Part shown: positions 43,668 through 46,179 of the stretch, piece after piece
How positions within the stretch are numbered: position 1 is the first letter of the stretch
Layout of the letters: every line of letters begins with the position of its first letter
Source of the DNA: a virus
Lineage: Duplodnaviria > Caudoviricetes
Direction: 5' to 3' (one strand)
IMG/VR virus record: IMGVR_UViG_3300030376_001764
Span: 1-46,179 of that record
DNA: 46,179 bases
The notes under the pieces: generated by a model
Told to the model about the DNA's origin: nothing
Databases searched by the model: none
Seen by the model: the letters and a program-made list of their open reading frames with translations, nothing else
Made by a program: the position numbers and the translations under genes

Positions 43668-46085
43668 TTATCGAGGCTCAAATTGTTCAAGCCCAAAACC
43701 TCCAAGCGAGTCATTACCAGCAGACTCAAAGTTTTTTGGTAATTCGTCGTTTTGTCTTTGAGATATCATTTCAGATTGTTGCGTTCCAATTATTCTAGCA
43801 CGCTCGTCTTTACGATTTTCTATTTCTTTCTCTTTTTCTCTTTCAACTCTAGCTTTAGCTTCAGCAAGCTGTATATTATAATTAAATTCTTCGGCCATTA
43901 ATTGTTTTTTAATTTCAGCCTCTGTTTGCATACGTTGTATTTCAAATTGAGACTTACCTTGTTCTAATTGCAATTGGCTTTCTGTTAAAGCTTGTTGTTT
44001 TTGGAGCTCTGCAAGAGCAGCTTTTTCTGCCGTCTGCGAGTTAGCTTGCGCTTGAGCTTGTATATTCTGCTGTTGTGCAGCTTGATCTCTTTCTATCTTT
44101 TGCTTACGTTTTATTTTAAGCATTTGATTAGCGAGCTTTAAATTAGATATTTCTCTAAGATCAATAATATCTTCTAAATCTATACCGCCAGTTTGTAGAG
44201 CAACTTGTATGTTTTGCTCTAACTGAGCTTTTTCTTCTTCATCTGGTTCTAGCTCTAAGAAAATACCAAACTCATGTAGGTTTAATTTTTCTATTTGTGA
44301 CAGCGTGTTTGTGTTAAACACACTTATACTGTTCATTAATGCGTTTTTAGTTAATGGGAAGTTTAACATATCAGCTGCTCGTAAGCTTATATTTTCTGCA
44401 GCTCTTACCGTTATATACATTAAAGACTGTAGTATGTGCTTTGTAGCCGTGTTTGATGCTGCCGCAGCTAGTTTTTGTAAACCAACTAAAGCATTTTTGT
44501 CTGGTTGACTACCATCTCTAGCTTCATTAAGACCAGTCACATCTCGTATCATTTGTAAGTAATATTGATACGTTTGTACTAGCGCACCTATTTTAGCTTG
44601 ACCATTTGAGGTTTGTAGCTCTTGAATAGGAACTTTGCCAGGATTTATATCACCGTCAACAGTCTTAGATCTACCAACAATACTACCAGTTTGAAAGTAC
44701 ATGTTTAAAGCTTCTTGCGGATTGTAATTTGTACCGTTGCCTAAGTCAACCTCTGCTAAACCATCAACGTCTACAAACACTCCATCTGGTACCATGCGGG
44801 CAAGTACTTGTTGTATTTTTAAATGAGTAAGTTGTATCATGTCTGCAAACCCAATACACTTGCTTACTAAACTTTCTATTCTACCCTTGTACATTCGAGG
44901 AGCAGATATAGCGTAGTTCATTTGAACTTTAGTCTGATCACTGTAAGGTCTTGTCATGTTTTCAGCTAACTCCCACTTAAGCATCTTTTCATGCCCAAGT
45001 ATTTTAGCTCCGCTATATAAAACCTCTATAGCTCTATGCACTCTTTCAAAGTTATCATTTGCTGGTGGATTAAAATCACCAGGCTTTTCTAAAGCTTTTT
45101 CTAAACCTTGATCTGTTTCTTTTATTTTAAATACTTGATTATTATAAGTTTTATATTCAAAGTATAAAACTTGGACATTATTATAGCTATCATCTTGACC
45201 CCAATAGTTTCTAGTATAATTAGAATCGCCAGGATATTTTTGTATTTCTTCTAGCTCAGAGTCAGTTAAATACGGAAATTGTTTTTTAACTTCTTCTAAG
45301 CTTACACTTTTAACTTCTCCAACATAATACACATCTTCAAAGTTAGGGTCTTCTGTGTAAGAATAAACTAAATTAGCTGGATCTACATAATCTACAGTTA
45401 CTCCGTTAGCTAAATTAAAATCTGTTTTAACGCAGCTTATACCTATAGTAACTAAATCATAAGCTAATCTTTTCTTTATTTCATCGTACTTATTGTAGTT
45501 AAATACATTTTCAATTAATTCTTCTTCAGCTATTTCTATAGACTGCTTGTAGCTTAATTGCATGTATAACTCTAGCTCTTCTTCGTTTTGAGGCAGAGCA
45601 TCTGGATTTACACTTGAATAAAAATTTTGACCCGTAGCTTTGTTTAAATTTTCTATTTGTTCTCGACTCTGCATGTCTCTTATAGCGTCGAAAACATATC
45701 TAGTTCTTTGCTTTAAAGCAAATGGATCACTAGCGAAAGATTTTATTTCATAACCTTTATCTGTCATGCCATTTACTACAATATCTACAAATTTAGATAA
45801 TACAGCAACTGGTTTCCAGTCTAAGTTTAAATAAGACAAATCACCATTTATTGATAATTCATCTTTATATTTAGCTACAGACTGTTCTCCTCTAGCATAA
45901 AGCCTTAATCTATGAAAATCTTGCCAGTTATTACCAAAACGACCACCAGCACCTAAGCCACGATCACCTCTAAACCATTCGTTTTCAATAGCTCTACCTA
46001 CTTGGAAACCATAATCCAAAGTATTCTTTTCTGCGTCTGGTACCACCTGACTGGGAAAGGAACTATTTACATTAGTATAAACCAT
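43668..46085 (-). CDS. Portal protein
   Basis: 805 aa; LRLYARGEQ, LDWKPV...KFVDIV, IRDVTGLNEARDG, C-terminal Q-rich coiled coil. Confidence 0.85.
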   Translation of the reverse strand: MVYTNVNSSFPSQVVPDAEKNTLDYGFQVGRAIENEWFRGDRGLGAGGRFGNNWQDFHRLRLYARGEQSVAKYKDELSINGDLSYLNLDWKPVAVLSKFVDIVVNGMTDKGYEIKSFASDPFALKQRTRYVFDAIRDMQSREQIENLNKATGQNFYSSVNPDALPQNEEELELYMQLSYKQSIEIAEEELIENVFNYNKYDEIKKRLAYDLVTIGISCVKTDFNLANGVTVDYVDPANLVYSYTEDPNFEDVYYVGEVKSVSLEEVKKQFPYLTDSELEEIQKYPGDSNYTRNYWGQDDSYNNVQVLYFEYKTYNNQVFKIKETDQGLEKALEKPGDFNPPANDNFERVHRAIEVLYSGAKILGHEKMLKWELAENMTRPYSDQTKVQMNYAISAPRMYKGRIESLVSKCIGFADMIQLTHLKIQQVLARMVPDGVFVDVDGLAEVDLGNGTNYNPQEALNMYFQTGSIVGRSKTVDGDINPGKVPIQELQTSNGQAKIGALVQTYQYYLQMIRDVTGLNEARDGSQPDKNALVGLQKLAAAASNTATKHILQSLMYITVRAAENISLRAADMLNFPLTKNALMNSISVFNTNTLSQIEKLNLHEFGIFLELEPDEEEKAQLEQNIQVALQTGGIDLEDIIDLREISNLKLANQMLKIKRKQKIERDQAAQQQNIQAQAQANSQTAEKAALAELQKQQALTESQLQLEQGKSQFEIQRMQTEAEIKKQLMAEEFNYNIQLAEAKARVEREKEKEIENRKDERARIIGTQQSEMISQRQNDELPKNFESAGNDSLGGFGLEQFEPR

Positions 46086-46088
46086 TTA

Positions 46089-46179
46089 TTATATTATTTT
46101 TGAAATGTAACCTGTGTTATCGTATCTTTTAAATGATATGTTAACTGGATCTCGTTGTTGTATGTTTACTGGTGTATAT
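46089..46179 (-). CDS. C-terminus of the upstream gene, probably terminase large subunit (partial)
   Basis: ...YTPVNIQQRDPVNISFKRYDNTGYISKII* ends just before the portal start; identity inferred from synteny. Confidence 0.5.
   Translation of the reverse strand, partial: YTPVNIQQRDPVNISFKRYDNTGYISKII

Noticed and set aside
3488-44508. Short antisense or out-of-frame ORFs in the track (e.g. 3488-3700, 7690-8028, 14321-14659, 18566-19033, 19516-19914, 20112-20585, 24715-25002, 28978-29289)
   Set aside because: They are shadows of longer motif-bearing genes, run against the strand organisation or frame, and have no recognisable motifs.
1-46179. Stop-codon reassignment as in some crAss-like phages
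   Set aside because: Genes tile densely under the standard code, TAA, TAG and TGA all serve as stops, and no suppressor tRNA is seen.

Overview
The window is most of a lytic dsDNA phage genome. It is probably a podovirus of a marine Bacteroidota (Flavobacteriia) host: AT-rich, no Shine-Dalgarno sequences, A-rich leaders, and a head/tail module resembling crAss-like or Cellulophaga podoviruses. Two blocks converge on a bidirectional terminator at about 19.5 kb. The + strand (1-19.5 kb) carries a terminus/origin-like non-coding region, about 25 small early ORFs driven by seven copies of a bipartite motif TTACA(A/G)ACAAA(A/T)-N12-TGGATAATA, and three tRNA-like RNAs lacking anticodon arms plus a GC-rich ncRNA cluster. 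It continues with DNA ligase, a sigma-70-family factor, ERF, exonuclease, SSB, primase-helicase, a thymidylate-synthase-fold enzyme with dCMP-type residues, MazG-like proteins, endonuclease I and nrdB/nrdA, but no DNA polymerase. The - strand (46.2-19.5 kb) carries a probable terminase C-terminus, portal, scaffold, major capsid, ring/tail proteins, a GNAT, internal virion proteins and lysis genes. The best candidate for an undescribed system is the 2520-aa internal virion protein, which contains an HExxH zincin motif, a sigma-70 region-2-like domain and a HAD phosphatase. This suggests a virion-delivered sigma factor that reads the repeated early promoter, with early transcripts punctuated by tRNA-minihelix elements. 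All assignments come from motif reading by eye; no database searches were run.
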